64,000 bases of DNA from Acidobacteriota bacterium (GTDB lineage Bacteria; Acidobacteriota; Terriglobia; Terriglobales; Acidobacteriaceae), in NCBI GenBank assembly GCA_021810625.1, contig JAJZIJ010000004.1, forward strand, positions 9,569 through 73,568, given 5' to 3'. The notes beneath the pieces were generated by a model that was not told the origin of the DNA, ran no database searches, and worked only from the letters and a program-made list of their open reading frames with translations. A program made the position numbers and the translations under genes. This document shows positions 9,488 to 17,501 of this stretch, piece by piece. Numbering within the stretch: the first letter of the stretch is position 1; every line of letters begins with the position of its first letter.

Positions 9488-11035
9488 CTACGGCTGGTAA
9501 CGCCACAGGTCGTTGAGATCGCCCTGCGCCGTGGTCGAGTCTGGGCCGTAGCCCCCAAAGAGCCAGAGATTGCCGCTGCCATCCATCCAACCGACGGATC
9601 CGCTCCGGCCTCCGGGAACATTGCTGGCAGCAGGGGTTCCCAGCGTGCCGTAAACACCGGATTGGCCGCTGTTTGCGCCCAGCGTGTTGCTGCCGCTCAT
9701 CCACGTCCATTCCTTGCTCGTGGGATTAAACACCCAGAGGTCGTTGAGATAGCCCTGCGCCCCGGTCGAATCGACACCGGAACCTCCAAAGAGCCAGAGA
9801 TTGCCGCTGCCATCTATCCAACTGACGGATCCGCCCCGGCCTCCGGGAACATTGCTGGCGGCGGCAGTGCCCAGCGTGCCGTAAACACCGGATTGGCCGC
9901 CGTTTGCGCCCAGCGTGCTGCTGCCGCTCATCCATGTCCATTCCTTGCTCGTGGGATTAAACACCCAGAGGTCGTTGAGAAGGCCCTGCGCCAGAAGGCC
10001 CCCCGCCCCGGTCGAGTCTGGGCCGAAGCCCCCAAAGAGCCAGAGATTGCCACTGCCGTCTGTCCAACTGACAGAACCATATCTGCCTCCGGGAACATTG
10101 CTGGCGGCAGGGCTACCCAGCATGCCGTAAACACTGGGCTGACCACCGTGCGAACCCAGCGTGCTGCTGCCGCTCATCCATGTCCATTCCTTGCTCGTGG
10201 GATTAAACACCCAGAGGTCGTTGAGATAGCCCGGTGTCCCCGTCGAGTCTTGGCCGTAGCCTCCAAAGAGCCAGAGATTGCCGCTGCCATCCATCCAACC
10301 GACGGATTCGCCCCGGCCTCCGGGAACATTGCTGGCAGCAGGGGTTCCCAGCATGCCGTAAACACCGGGCTGACCACCGTGCGAACCCAGCGTGCTGCTG
10401 CCGCTCATCCATGTCCATTCCTTGCTCGTGGGATTGAACACCCACAGGTCGTTGAGATTGCCCTGCGCCCCGGCGATCGAGTCAAAGCCCCCAAAGAGCC
10501 AGAGATTGCCGCTGCCATCTATCCAACTGACGGATCCGCCCCGGCCTCCGGGAACATTGCTGGCAGCAGGGGTTCCCAGCGTGCCGTAAACACCGGATTG
10601 GCCGCCGTTTGCGCCCAGCGTGCTGCTGCCGCTCATCCATGTCCATTCCTTGCTCGTGGGATTAAACACCCAGAGGTCGTTGAGATAGCCCTGCGCCCCG
10701 GTCGAGTCAAAGCCGTAGCCCCCAAAGAGCCAGAGATTGCCACTGCCATCCCTCCAACTGACGGATCCGGCACGGCCTCCGGGAACATTGCCGACAGCCG
10801 GGCTGCCCAGCGTACCGTAAACACCGGGTTGGCCGCCGTTTGCGCCCACCGTGTTGCTGCCGCTCATCCATGTCCACGGTTTGGCGGCTCCGGGCGTGGA
10901 ACCTGCGCTCCCGCCACAGGCGGTGAGAAACAAAGGAATGGAGAGAGCGAAGATCGCAGGTAGGCTCAACAGCGCGCGCAGCAACCCTTGAAGGAACGTG
11001 TAAAGCAGGGGACAAGCAGGAGTTGCTGTTTTCAT
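9488..11035 (-). CDS. Kelch-repeat beta-propeller lipoprotein
   Basis: 515 aa. Signal peptide with lipobox (FLTACGG), then about 7 units of about 77-82 aa (NDLWVFNPTSKEWTWMSGSSTLG...GSGNLWLFGG) with the Kelch signature. Confidence 0.85.
   Translation of the reverse strand: MKTATPACPLLYTFLQGLLRALLSLPAIFALSIPLFLTACGGSAGSTPGAAKPWTWMSGSNTVGANGGQPGVYGTLGSPAVGNVPGGRAGSVSWRDGSGNLWLFGGYGFDSTGAQGYLNDLWVFNPTSKEWTWMSGSSTLGANGGQSGVYGTLGTPAASNVPGGRGGSVSWIDGSGNLWLFGGFDSIAGAQGNLNDLWVFNPTSKEWTWMSGSSTLGSHGGQPGVYGMLGTPAASNVPGGRGESVGWMDGSGNLWLFGGYGQDSTGTPGYLNDLWVFNPTSKEWTWMSGSSTLGSHGGQPSVYGMLGSPAASNVPGGRYGSVSWTDGSGNLWLFGGFGPDSTGAGGLLAQGLLNDLWVFNPTSKEWTWMSGSSTLGANGGQSGVYGTLGTAAASNVPGGRGGSVSWIDGSGNLWLFGGSGVDSTGAQGYLNDLWVFNPTSKEWTWMSGSNTLGANSGQSGVYGTLGTPAASNVPGGRSGSVGWMDGSGNLWLFGGYGPDSTTAQGDLNDLWRYQP
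9540..10900. repeat. intragenic tandem repeats (period about 228-246 bp) encoding the Kelch blades
   Basis: The motif TGCCGCTCATCCA[T/C]GTCCATTCCTTGCTCGTGGGATT recurs at 9691, 9922, 10168, 10399 and 10627, with a variant at 10858. Confidence 0.9.
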
Positions 11036-11122
11036 AGACTCTCCGCGTCACTTGGAAATGATATTGTATGCAACCGACAGACTGCATACGTATACCACAA
11101 GCCACGCCTTTGAATCTATCCC

Positions 11123-11248
11123 TCAAACCATCTTCAGCAGAATTGACTGCGCGGCGCGCAGCGGATTGGCCGCCTGCGTGATCGGTCTGCCGACGACCAG
11201 ATAGCTGGCTCCAGCAGCGATGGCCGCTCCGGGCGCAGGGTTGCTCAT
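11123..11248 (-). pseudogene. chimeric scar: ypdA start codon plus 5 codons fused in frame to the last ~35 codons of pyrF
   Basis: My translation is MSNPAPGAAIAAGASYLVVGRPITQAANPLRAAQSILLKMV*. Compare the ypdA N-terminus MSNPAPAAAP and the pyrF C-terminus PGAAITAGASYLVVGRPITQAANPLRAAQSILLEM. Confidence 0.8.
11129..11235. repeat. duplicated fragment of the pyrF 3' coding end (copy of 15824-15930)
   Basis: Hand alignment gives 107 bp with 5 mismatches. Confidence 0.9.
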
Positions 11249-11293
11249 GCTCTTAATTTAAGCAGAGCGGAGATGGATGTGGATTTGCGCGCA
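11231..11293. repeat. duplicated fragment of the ypdA start plus upstream leader (copy of 9352-9413)
   Basis: Hand alignment gives about 62 bp with 2 mismatches and 1 single-base indel. It abuts and overlaps the pyrF fragment at the shared GGGCG. Confidence 0.9.
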
Positions 11294-11341
11294 CAACTTT
11301 TCACGCACAACCTCTTGAAAGATCACAGGCACCGCACTCCC

Positions 11342-13558
11342 TTACGGGTGGCTCGTTGTGGTTCGGAGGACGGCCACGGAACCTGCGGGTAGATTCACGG
11401 TTGCCAGCGTATGACCGTTATTCTGTGTCACGGGAACAGACGCGCCTGTGATTACGTCTGTCACCGCGTATGCGCCTCTAAAACTGATGACTGCCTGCCC
11501 GGTATTTCCCCAGTTGGAGAGGATGGCACCCGCGCCATCCGGCAGTGTCATGCCGCGGAAAAGTATCTTTCTGGAACCTTGCAGCATGGAGACTTTCTGG
11601 CTGGCCACTTCCGCAAGAGCGGGCGCTACAATCCACTGCTGCACGATCGGATTCAATCTTCTCGCGTAAGCCAGCGTGACCGCCGATTCAAAATAGTAGA
11701 CCTGCCCCATGCCAAAGGTATGTTTCACTTCAAAAGGCTTGCCACTTTTTGTTCGCATTACAACTTCCGCGCCCTTCATCTCCAGTGGGAGTTTCCAGAG
11801 TTCTCCGCCCTGCTCATTCTGGCTGGTCACGGAATACGGATTTGCCGCTTGCACGGGATAGATATCCGAGGCCTCCACGCCGAAAAGATCGGTCAAGCCT
11901 CCTGGGACGGTGGGGCGAATCTCTCCCGTGCCGTTCTTCCATGCTGTCAGCCCATCGGCCCAGAGCGTTCCTCCCTGGCTCACATAGGTTTTCAGCGCAG
12001 CGAGCGCCTTGTCGTCCAGCGCATAGGAGTCTGGAATGTAGAGAACTTTGAAGTTTTGCAACGCTCCCTGTTTCAGTTGGTCGAGATCGACGAACTCTGT
12101 CGGAATATGGGCACGGTGCAGCGCGAGATAACAGCCCCGCAGCGAATCCGCGACTTCGTCTTCTCGATGCTGGGTGCGACCATCGAGGCTGATAAGAATC
12201 TCCGCCTCGCGGTTGTACAGGATGGCGACTTTTGCCTCCTGTGGCTGCGCCTTAGCCAGCCAGGGATTTTTCCGCAAGGTGTCTGCCACAGCCTTGACTG
12301 CGGGGATGCGATTGGAGGGTATTCCGTCCAGACTGGCCAAGCTCCACTCCCCGGCCTCCGTCCCGCCCACTCTTGGATTCCAAAGCCAGAAGATGACAGC
12401 GCGGCTGCCTGCGCCGTAGGAGTCCCATATCCAGCGCGTCAGATCGCCCGGCGTTGTGTATAGAGGAAATTTGCCCGTGAACATTGTCGGGCCACTCTGC
12501 AATTCCGTCACCCAGAATGGCTTGCGCGGCGCAACTTCGCTGGCATCCGCGATCTGATCAAGACGGTAGGAGTAGAGTTCTCCATAATCACTCTCCGGTG
12601 TCGCGGGGGGAAAGACCCAGGCTGCGTGCATGGAAACGCCAAGAATATCTGGAACTTGTTTTTCTTTCCATATATCCTGGCCAACGGCATCGCCGATGGG
12701 GCTGGTCACATTAAAATGCGTCGGGTGGTTGGGATCAATTGCTTCCACCTGCTGCTTTACCCAGATCAGTTGCTGAATCAGGTTATCGACCTTGAAATTA
12801 TCCCAGTCGATCAGCGCGTGGTAATCCGTCCAATAGGATGTCTGTTGTAGCGAGGTTATCTTTACGTCGGAGAATTTTTTCAATGGCTGAAACCAATGCT
12901 GGTTCAGCGTATTCACGGTGCCATACTTGGCTTGTAGCCAGTCGCCAAAGGCATGAAACGTGGTCGGCTCCGTGTCGTACTTGGTCGGCTCATTCATCAA
13001 CAGCCAAACGCCCTGGGCAGGATTGTTCTTATATCTCCCCACAACTTTTTTTAGATAGATCGCAGATGCGGCGCGATTCGCGGGGGCATTCAAATTGACG
13101 AGATTGTGATAGAACGGCGTTTTATCGGCCCAGCCGGGTGGATCTTCTGGACACAAGGTGGCGACGATTTTTATGCCGTTTTTCGCGGCTGCGTTGTAGA
13201 TCCAGTCATATCCTTCAAAATTCCAAACTCCCGGAACCCGTTCGACATCATCCCAAATAACGAATATCCGAACCAGCGTCAGTCCCGTTGCGTGCATCAA
13301 CTGAAATTGCTTGTCTACGGAGGCCTGGGTATCCGCGCGATTCAGGAAAAACTCAGAGCCAATGCGAAGCTGTTCTGTAAGTTCATTGAGTTTTGCCTGA
13401 CGAGCCACATTCGTGGGCGCAGTGTTTTGGGCGCTCGCCAGTACCCCGAAAAAGATGACCGCGAGCAGCACGCACTGTTGCAACCTGTGTCGGGAAATCC
13501 CTACATGCGACTGCGTTGCTTGATATCGAAATTCCAACACTTTTTGTTGCTGGTACAT
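11342..13558 (-). CDS. glycoside hydrolase family 42 beta-galactosidase, with predicted signal peptide
   Basis: TIM-barrel region with LLMNEPT (acid/base) and WVTELQSG (nucleophile)-like motifs, followed by a GH42M-like domain (KVAILYNREAE). Start at MYQQQK (ATG ending at 13558). Hydrophobic N-terminal segment LLAVIFFGVLASAQ. Confidence 0.8.
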   Translation of the reverse strand: MYQQQKVLEFRYQATQSHVGISRHRLQQCVLLAVIFFGVLASAQNTAPTNVARQAKLNELTEQLRIGSEFFLNRADTQASVDKQFQLMHATGLTLVRIFVIWDDVERVPGVWNFEGYDWIYNAAAKNGIKIVATLCPEDPPGWADKTPFYHNLVNLNAPANRAASAIYLKKVVGRYKNNPAQGVWLLMNEPTKYDTEPTTFHAFGDWLQAKYGTVNTLNQHWFQPLKKFSDVKITSLQQTSYWTDYHALIDWDNFKVDNLIQQLIWVKQQVEAIDPNHPTHFNVTSPIGDAVGQDIWKEKQVPDILGVSMHAAWVFPPATPESDYGELYSYRLDQIADASEVAPRKPFWVTELQSGPTMFTGKFPLYTTPGDLTRWIWDSYGAGSRAVIFWLWNPRVGGTEAGEWSLASLDGIPSNRIPAVKAVADTLRKNPWLAKAQPQEAKVAILYNREAEILISLDGRTQHREDEVADSLRGCYLALHRAHIPTEFVDLDQLKQGALQNFKVLYIPDSYALDDKALAALKTYVSQGGTLWADGLTAWKNGTGEIRPTVPGGLTDLFGVEASDIYPVQAANPYSVTSQNEQGGELWKLPLEMKGAEVVMRTKSGKPFEVKHTFGMGQVYYFESAVTLAYARRLNPIVQQWIVAPALAEVASQKVSMLQGSRKILFRGMTLPDGAGAILSNWGNTGQAVISFRGAYAVTDVITGASVPVTQNNGHTLATVNLPAGSVAVLRTTTSHP

Positions 13559-13660
13559 AGTTTGCTTCCCACCCGTGGTTTTGTAGCTCGTGAAGAAATT
13601 CGGAGAGAAATCACAGCTCCCTCCACTTCGTTCTCTGTCGTGAACCCCGCTTAGGATAGC

Positions 13661-13775
13661 CCCCCTGGGGTTCCCCGGCAACCTTAGACTCGCTCACCGC
13701 GCTAGTTCTTGCGCGCGTTCTCCATTTCCAGCAGAATTGACTGTGCGGCGCACAGCGGATTGGCCGCCTACGTGA
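13661..13775. repeat. duplicated fragment of the pyrF 3' end plus 33 bp downstream (copy of 15764-15877)
   Basis: About 113 bp at roughly 90% identity by hand alignment. REP-A follows immediately. Confidence 0.85.
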
Positions 13776-13785
13776 ACCCTATGCG

Positions 13786-13822
13786 CCCCACATACGCCGC
13801 GTTCTTCGCGGCGCATGTGGGG
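13786..13822. repeat. REP-A palindromic element copy 2
   Basis: CCCCACATACGCCGCG-TTCTT-CGCGGCGCATGTGGGG. It shares the 5' flank AACCCT..GCG with copy 1. Confidence 0.9.
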
Positions 13823-13875
13823 CGGATTCCGAGATTCTCAAGTCTCTAAAAATCGGAACCTAGAGTACCCGGCCT

Positions 13876-14583
13876 TCAAAATCCGAAATCGATGATGTCG
13901 CCACATTTCCGACATTGTGCACTTCCATACATTCCCGCTATGTATTCGAAGAGCTGCCCTTCGCTCATATCATCCGTATCCCACTCAATAGACTCCAGAG
14001 AATTGACTGCCTGACAGGATGAACACTCACGCGGCATATTCCCATCGCCACCAAATTCTTCGTCCATTTTGGTTTGCATCCTTGCTGGATATAGCAGGGT
14101 ACCGCTGATAAGATTCTGAAAAAGTCGATGGGTGTGTGACACGTCGGATCGACAAGCTGCCTTAATTTTGTCATCACTTAATTCGTTCATCTTCCGGCCA
14201 TCGGTGTGTTTCTTCTCGCCAAAATTGCAATTTACAGCCACATTCAGGCTCACTCGAAACCCCGCCTTCGCGCTCATGATTTCGTGCATATCGATATGCT
14301 GGCCCTTGCGGGGTACACGGCCTTTCAGTCCATAGTGTTTTCTGAGAACCAAAAGATCAAAACACTTGCCGTTGAAACTGACAACCTCATCCGCAGACTG
14401 CAATAGCCTTATCAATTTGGTTGCGTTGCGCTGAGTGAAATACTTGTACTCTTGGCGCGATTCATCGAAGATACACGCCACGCGCATCTTTGGCGCATGC
14501 TTTGTTCTTGACTTTGTCGTCGTAGCCCTTCTGAACGCTTCTGAGAATGGTACGGTTTCAATGTCAAACACAATTCGTTTCAT
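13876..14583 (-). CDS. DEDD-type (RNase H-like fold) 3'-5' exonuclease with C-terminal 4-Cys zinc ribbon
   Basis: 235 aa from MKRIVFDIET. ExoI FDIET (D7, E9), ExoII SFNGKCFDLLVL (N71, D76), ExoIII-like CRSDVSHTH (D147, H150). CSSC...CRKC (C187/C190/C224/C227). AT-richer than its neighbours. Confidence 0.6.
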   Translation of the reverse strand: MKRIVFDIETVPFSEAFRRATTTKSRTKHAPKMRVACIFDESRQEYKYFTQRNATKLIRLLQSADEVVSFNGKCFDLLVLRKHYGLKGRVPRKGQHIDMHEIMSAKAGFRVSLNVAVNCNFGEKKHTDGRKMNELSDDKIKAACRSDVSHTHRLFQNLISGTLLYPARMQTKMDEEFGGDGNMPRECSSCQAVNSLESIEWDTDDMSEGQLFEYIAGMYGSAQCRKCGDIIDFGF

Positions 14584-14686
14584 GCAGCATACCTCCACGA
14601 GATTTATGATCCGGCCCAAAACAAAAATAGCAAAAGAGACTGGCAGGATATTCACGGAAGAATGTCACCTGTAAAATTAGAGACGA

Positions 14687-15628
14687 ATGATGACCCCGAA
14701 ACAACTTGGAATTGAACTGCGGCATCGCGGCTATGACACCACTGAACGGAAACTGCGGGACTGGCGAGATAAGGGATTGCTGCCGCCGCTGATGTGCTGC
14801 GGGCGAGGTCGTGGTTCAGGCGTGCGGCATTACTGGAAGGATGCAGGGGTTATAGATCAAGCCATAACCGTTCATGATTTGCTTTCCAGACGTGCGCGCT
14901 CCGAAGGCGCACTTTTGGGAACGTGGTTTGCTGGTTATGCGATGGATGTAGAGAAAGTTCGGAAAGCATGGCTTTCGTCGGTGGATCGCATAAAAAAACG
15001 AGTATTCAGAAATGCTTCTTCAAAGGAACAACGAGAGGATAGTCTTAGCGACTTGTCCCGCGATCTTGCCAAGAAGATGGCTCCTGTTGTCAAGAAGATG
15101 GCTCCTGACACTGATCTCGATTGGGAAAAGTTGGAGGCGCTCTTATCGGAGATATTGAACGCATATTTCGATTCGTCCTCCCCTATCTCTATTGATGATC
15201 AGGTTGTCGATACAGCGCGAAAGATTTTTGACAGGAAAGCCAGCACTTTGGAAGGATCGGAGCTTGTGACCATAGCGGGTTCAGAAAAGATACTCAAATT
15301 TGTACAGAAGAATCTGTCTCTGGATGCCATGCGGCGGTTGATTTTATCAGCAACGGTGGGGGAATTTGAGGTAGCGCATCGGCGTTGGCAATCCGCAATC
15401 CGAATCATCGGGTTATGGTGTAGTGCTGAAATTGACAGAGCGGAAAATCCAGCGGAATTGGTGCGGGAAGGAAGGCTGCTGTTGGGTGTCTTTGGTGCTC
15501 CGTGTATTTTCGCGCTACTGCGCCTTGGAAAAGCCGAAAAAGGGCCGGAGGTAGACTCCTGGCTTGATAGGATCGAGTTGTTTGTGAGAAATCAGCCCAA
15601 TGTCTGGGGATTACAAAACCCCACATGA
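14687..15628 (+). CDS. hypothetical protein with N-terminal HTH-like (MerR/excisionase-style) segment and helical body
   Basis: 313 aa, divergent from the exonuclease gene. The N-terminus (TPKQLGIELRHRGYDTTERKLRDWRDKGLLPP) resembles a DNA-binding HTH. Contains an internal KKMAPVVKKMAPD duplication. No family recognised. Confidence 0.45.
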   Translation: MMTPKQLGIELRHRGYDTTERKLRDWRDKGLLPPLMCCGRGRGSGVRHYWKDAGVIDQAITVHDLLSRRARSEGALLGTWFAGYAMDVEKVRKAWLSSVDRIKKRVFRNASSKEQREDSLSDLSRDLAKKMAPVVKKMAPDTDLDWEKLEALLSEILNAYFDSSSPISIDDQVVDTARKIFDRKASTLEGSELVTIAGSEKILKFVQKNLSLDAMRRLILSATVGEFEVAHRRWQSAIRIIGLWCSAEIDRAENPAELVREGRLLLGVFGAPCIFALLRLGKAEKGPEVDSWLDRIELFVRNQPNVWGLQNPT

Positions 15629-15796
15629 GCCGCAAAGACCGCAGCGCATGTAGGGCACCTGACATGTCAAATGGAACTCCAGAGAATAATGGCGGAGAAT
15701 ATGAAGCGAAGTTTCTCTGGATTCTTCTCTTCGTCCGCTGCGGCGAACTCCGCCCAGAATGATCCCACTGGGGTTCCCCGGCAACCTTAGACTCAC

Positions 15797-16582
15797 TCAC
15801 CGCGCCGACTTCTGCGCGCTCTCCATCTCCAGCAGAATTGACTGCGCGGCGCGCAGCGGATTGGCCGCCTGCGTGATCGGTCTGCCGACGACCAGATAGC
15901 TGGCTCCGGCAGTGATGGCTGCGCCGGGCGTGGCCAGACGTTTTTGATCCTGCGCTGCGCTACCTGCCGGACGAATTCCCGGCGCTACCAGCAGCGGCTT
16001 GTTCCCCAAATTCTGGCGGAGCATGGCCACCTCTTCCGGGGAGCAGACCAGCCCCGCCACGCCGCAGGCCATCGCCATCCTGCCCAGCCGCAGGACTTGT
16101 TCGGCAGGAGATTGAGCAACTCCGATGGCCGCCAGTTCCGCCGCATCCATGCTGGTCAGCACGGTGACAGCCAGCAGTTGTGGGGGATTTCCCCCCTGCG
16201 CGGCAATCTCCGATGCCGCCTCCACCGCTGCGCGCAGCATCGCCGGGCCGCCTGCGGCGTGGAGCGTCAGCAGGGAAGCTCCCGCCTGCGCCGCCGAACG
16301 CACCGCTCCAGCGACCGTGTTGGGAATGTCGTGGAGCTTGAGATCGAGAAAGATGGAGAAGCCGCGCCCCTTCAACTCGGCGACGATGGGGTTTCCAGCG
16401 GCCAGATAGAGTTCCAGCCCAACCTTGACCCAGCGGCAACTTCCGGCCAGTTGGTCAGCCAGCGCCAGCGCTTCAGCGGCGGAGGGGAAATCCAGCGCGA
16501 CGATCAGGGAATCACTCGGCGAGCGACCCCCGGCTGGGCGCAGGGAGGCATCGAAGGTTTCGGAGGGTTTGGGGACACTCAT
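15797..16582 (-). CDS. pyrF: orotidine 5'-phosphate decarboxylase
   Basis: LIVALDF, VKVGLELY, IFLDLKLHDIPNTV and YLVVGRPI motifs. Start at MSVPKP (ATG ending at 16582); the longer ORF upstream looks non-coding. Confidence 0.9.
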   Translation of the reverse strand: MSVPKPSETFDASLRPAGGRSPSDSLIVALDFPSAAEALALADQLAGSCRWVKVGLELYLAAGNPIVAELKGRGFSIFLDLKLHDIPNTVAGAVRSAAQAGASLLTLHAAGGPAMLRAAVEAASEIAAQGGNPPQLLAVTVLTSMDAAELAAIGVAQSPAEQVLRLGRMAMACGVAGLVCSPEEVAMLRQNLGNKPLLVAPGIRPAGSAAQDQKRLATPGAAITAGASYLVVGRPITQAANPLRAAQSILLEMESAQKSAR

Positions 16583-16646
16583 GCGGCTTGATTGTACCGG
16601 AACCCGCTGGAGATGCGGGTGGAATCCTGGCGGATTCCGGCGGCAA

Positions 16647-17318
16647 TTAGAGTTGAGGAGCGGCAGATGCCGGATTCCGGGCTGCATTTTCCGCTGCGCG
16701 CAGGGCGCGCAGATGCTCCATCCGGGCGGCGGCTGCGGCCTGTCTGGGATCAATCACATCCAGACGTACCCGCGCAATCCCCTGCGTCCGCATCCCCAGC
16801 AGGTGCGCTGCTGCTGAAGAGAGATCGACCACCCGCGTCTCCGGCACCGGCCCACGGTCGTTGACCCGGAGCACCACCCATTTGTGGTTGTGGAGGTTGG
16901 TGACTTTGACCCAGGTTCCCAGCGGCAGGGTACGATGGGCGCAGGATAACTCATTCATATCAAAGCGTTCGCCGTCGGCTGTCTGGCGACCTTGGAATTG
17001 TCCGCCATACCAAGACGCGAGGCCCACCTGATGCCATTTGCCGATTTGGGGCCGAGCCGCTTTTGCGGGTAACTCAAGGCTGGCGATGGAGTTGGCTGAG
17101 GGATCGGCTGCGGGAATGACCTCCGGCGTGGTGGAGGCAAGCTCCACCCTGCCGACGGAGTGCAAACCCTCCAGCAGAGCGCGTCCCGGCTGGCTGGCCT
17201 GAACGCTGGTGAGGCCCAGGCTGATGCCGACGGTCGCTCCGACTGCGACCGAGACAACGCGCCGAGCCGTGGAAACGGTTCGTTCGTTCAGGATCGAATT
17301 TTCAGAGAGTATCTTCAT
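16647..17318 (-). CDS. rlpA: septal ring lytic transglycosylase RlpA family (DPBB domain)
   Basis: 223 aa. ASWYGGQFQGRQTADGERFD...AHRTLPLGTWVKVTN...VLRVNDRGP is the RlpA double-psi beta-barrel signature. Confidence 0.85.
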   Translation of the reverse strand: MKILSENSILNERTVSTARRVVSVAVGATVGISLGLTSVQASQPGRALLEGLHSVGRVELASTTPEVIPAADPSANSIASLELPAKAARPQIGKWHQVGLASWYGGQFQGRQTADGERFDMNELSCAHRTLPLGTWVKVTNLHNHKWVVLRVNDRGPVPETRVVDLSSAAAHLLGMRTQGIARVRLDVIDPRQAAAAARMEHLRALRAAENAARNPASAAPQL

Positions 17319-17501
17319 AGCTTTCCCCCTTCATAAGTGTATCGAGACGATGGTAGCTAAGTCAAAGAAATAAAATGGGTTATTTTGATTTTTTTCTTGC
17401 ATTTTTCGTCCCGTTATGGTACCTATTGTCCTACGTCTTTTCTGGAACTTTTCGCCCCCTCGTTTGCCTGGCCGAACGTAACCGCATGACAAGATGATCC
17501 T

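Noticed and set aside
9540-10900. Regularly spaced DNA repeats that might suggest a CRISPR-like array
   Set aside because: The period is about 230-246 bp, with no short conserved repeat and unique spacer organisation. The whole unit is conserved and translates in frame into Kelch blades.
9227-10963. 578-aa plus-strand ORF covering the Kelch gene region
   Set aside because: It is antisense to a gene with clear Kelch repeats, a signal peptide and a lipobox. Its own sequence is a repetitive Pro/Ala/Arg-rich mirror of those repeats and it runs across the ypdA start. This is an artefact of high GC and tandem repeats.
13776-15763. Calling the exonuclease/HTH island an integrative mobile element
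   Set aside because: Direct repeats of the pyrF end resemble attL/attR, but no integrase, recombinase, transposase or relaxase ORF is present anywhere in the window. It is therefore reported as an island or hotspot, not as a mobile_element feature.
17319-17501. Possible TPP riboswitch upstream of thiD
   Set aside because: I looked for the conserved CUGAGA and ACCUGAUCUGGAUAAUGCCAGCG-type core and did not see it. The region is AT-rich with no obvious conserved stems. A covariance-model scan would be needed to be sure.
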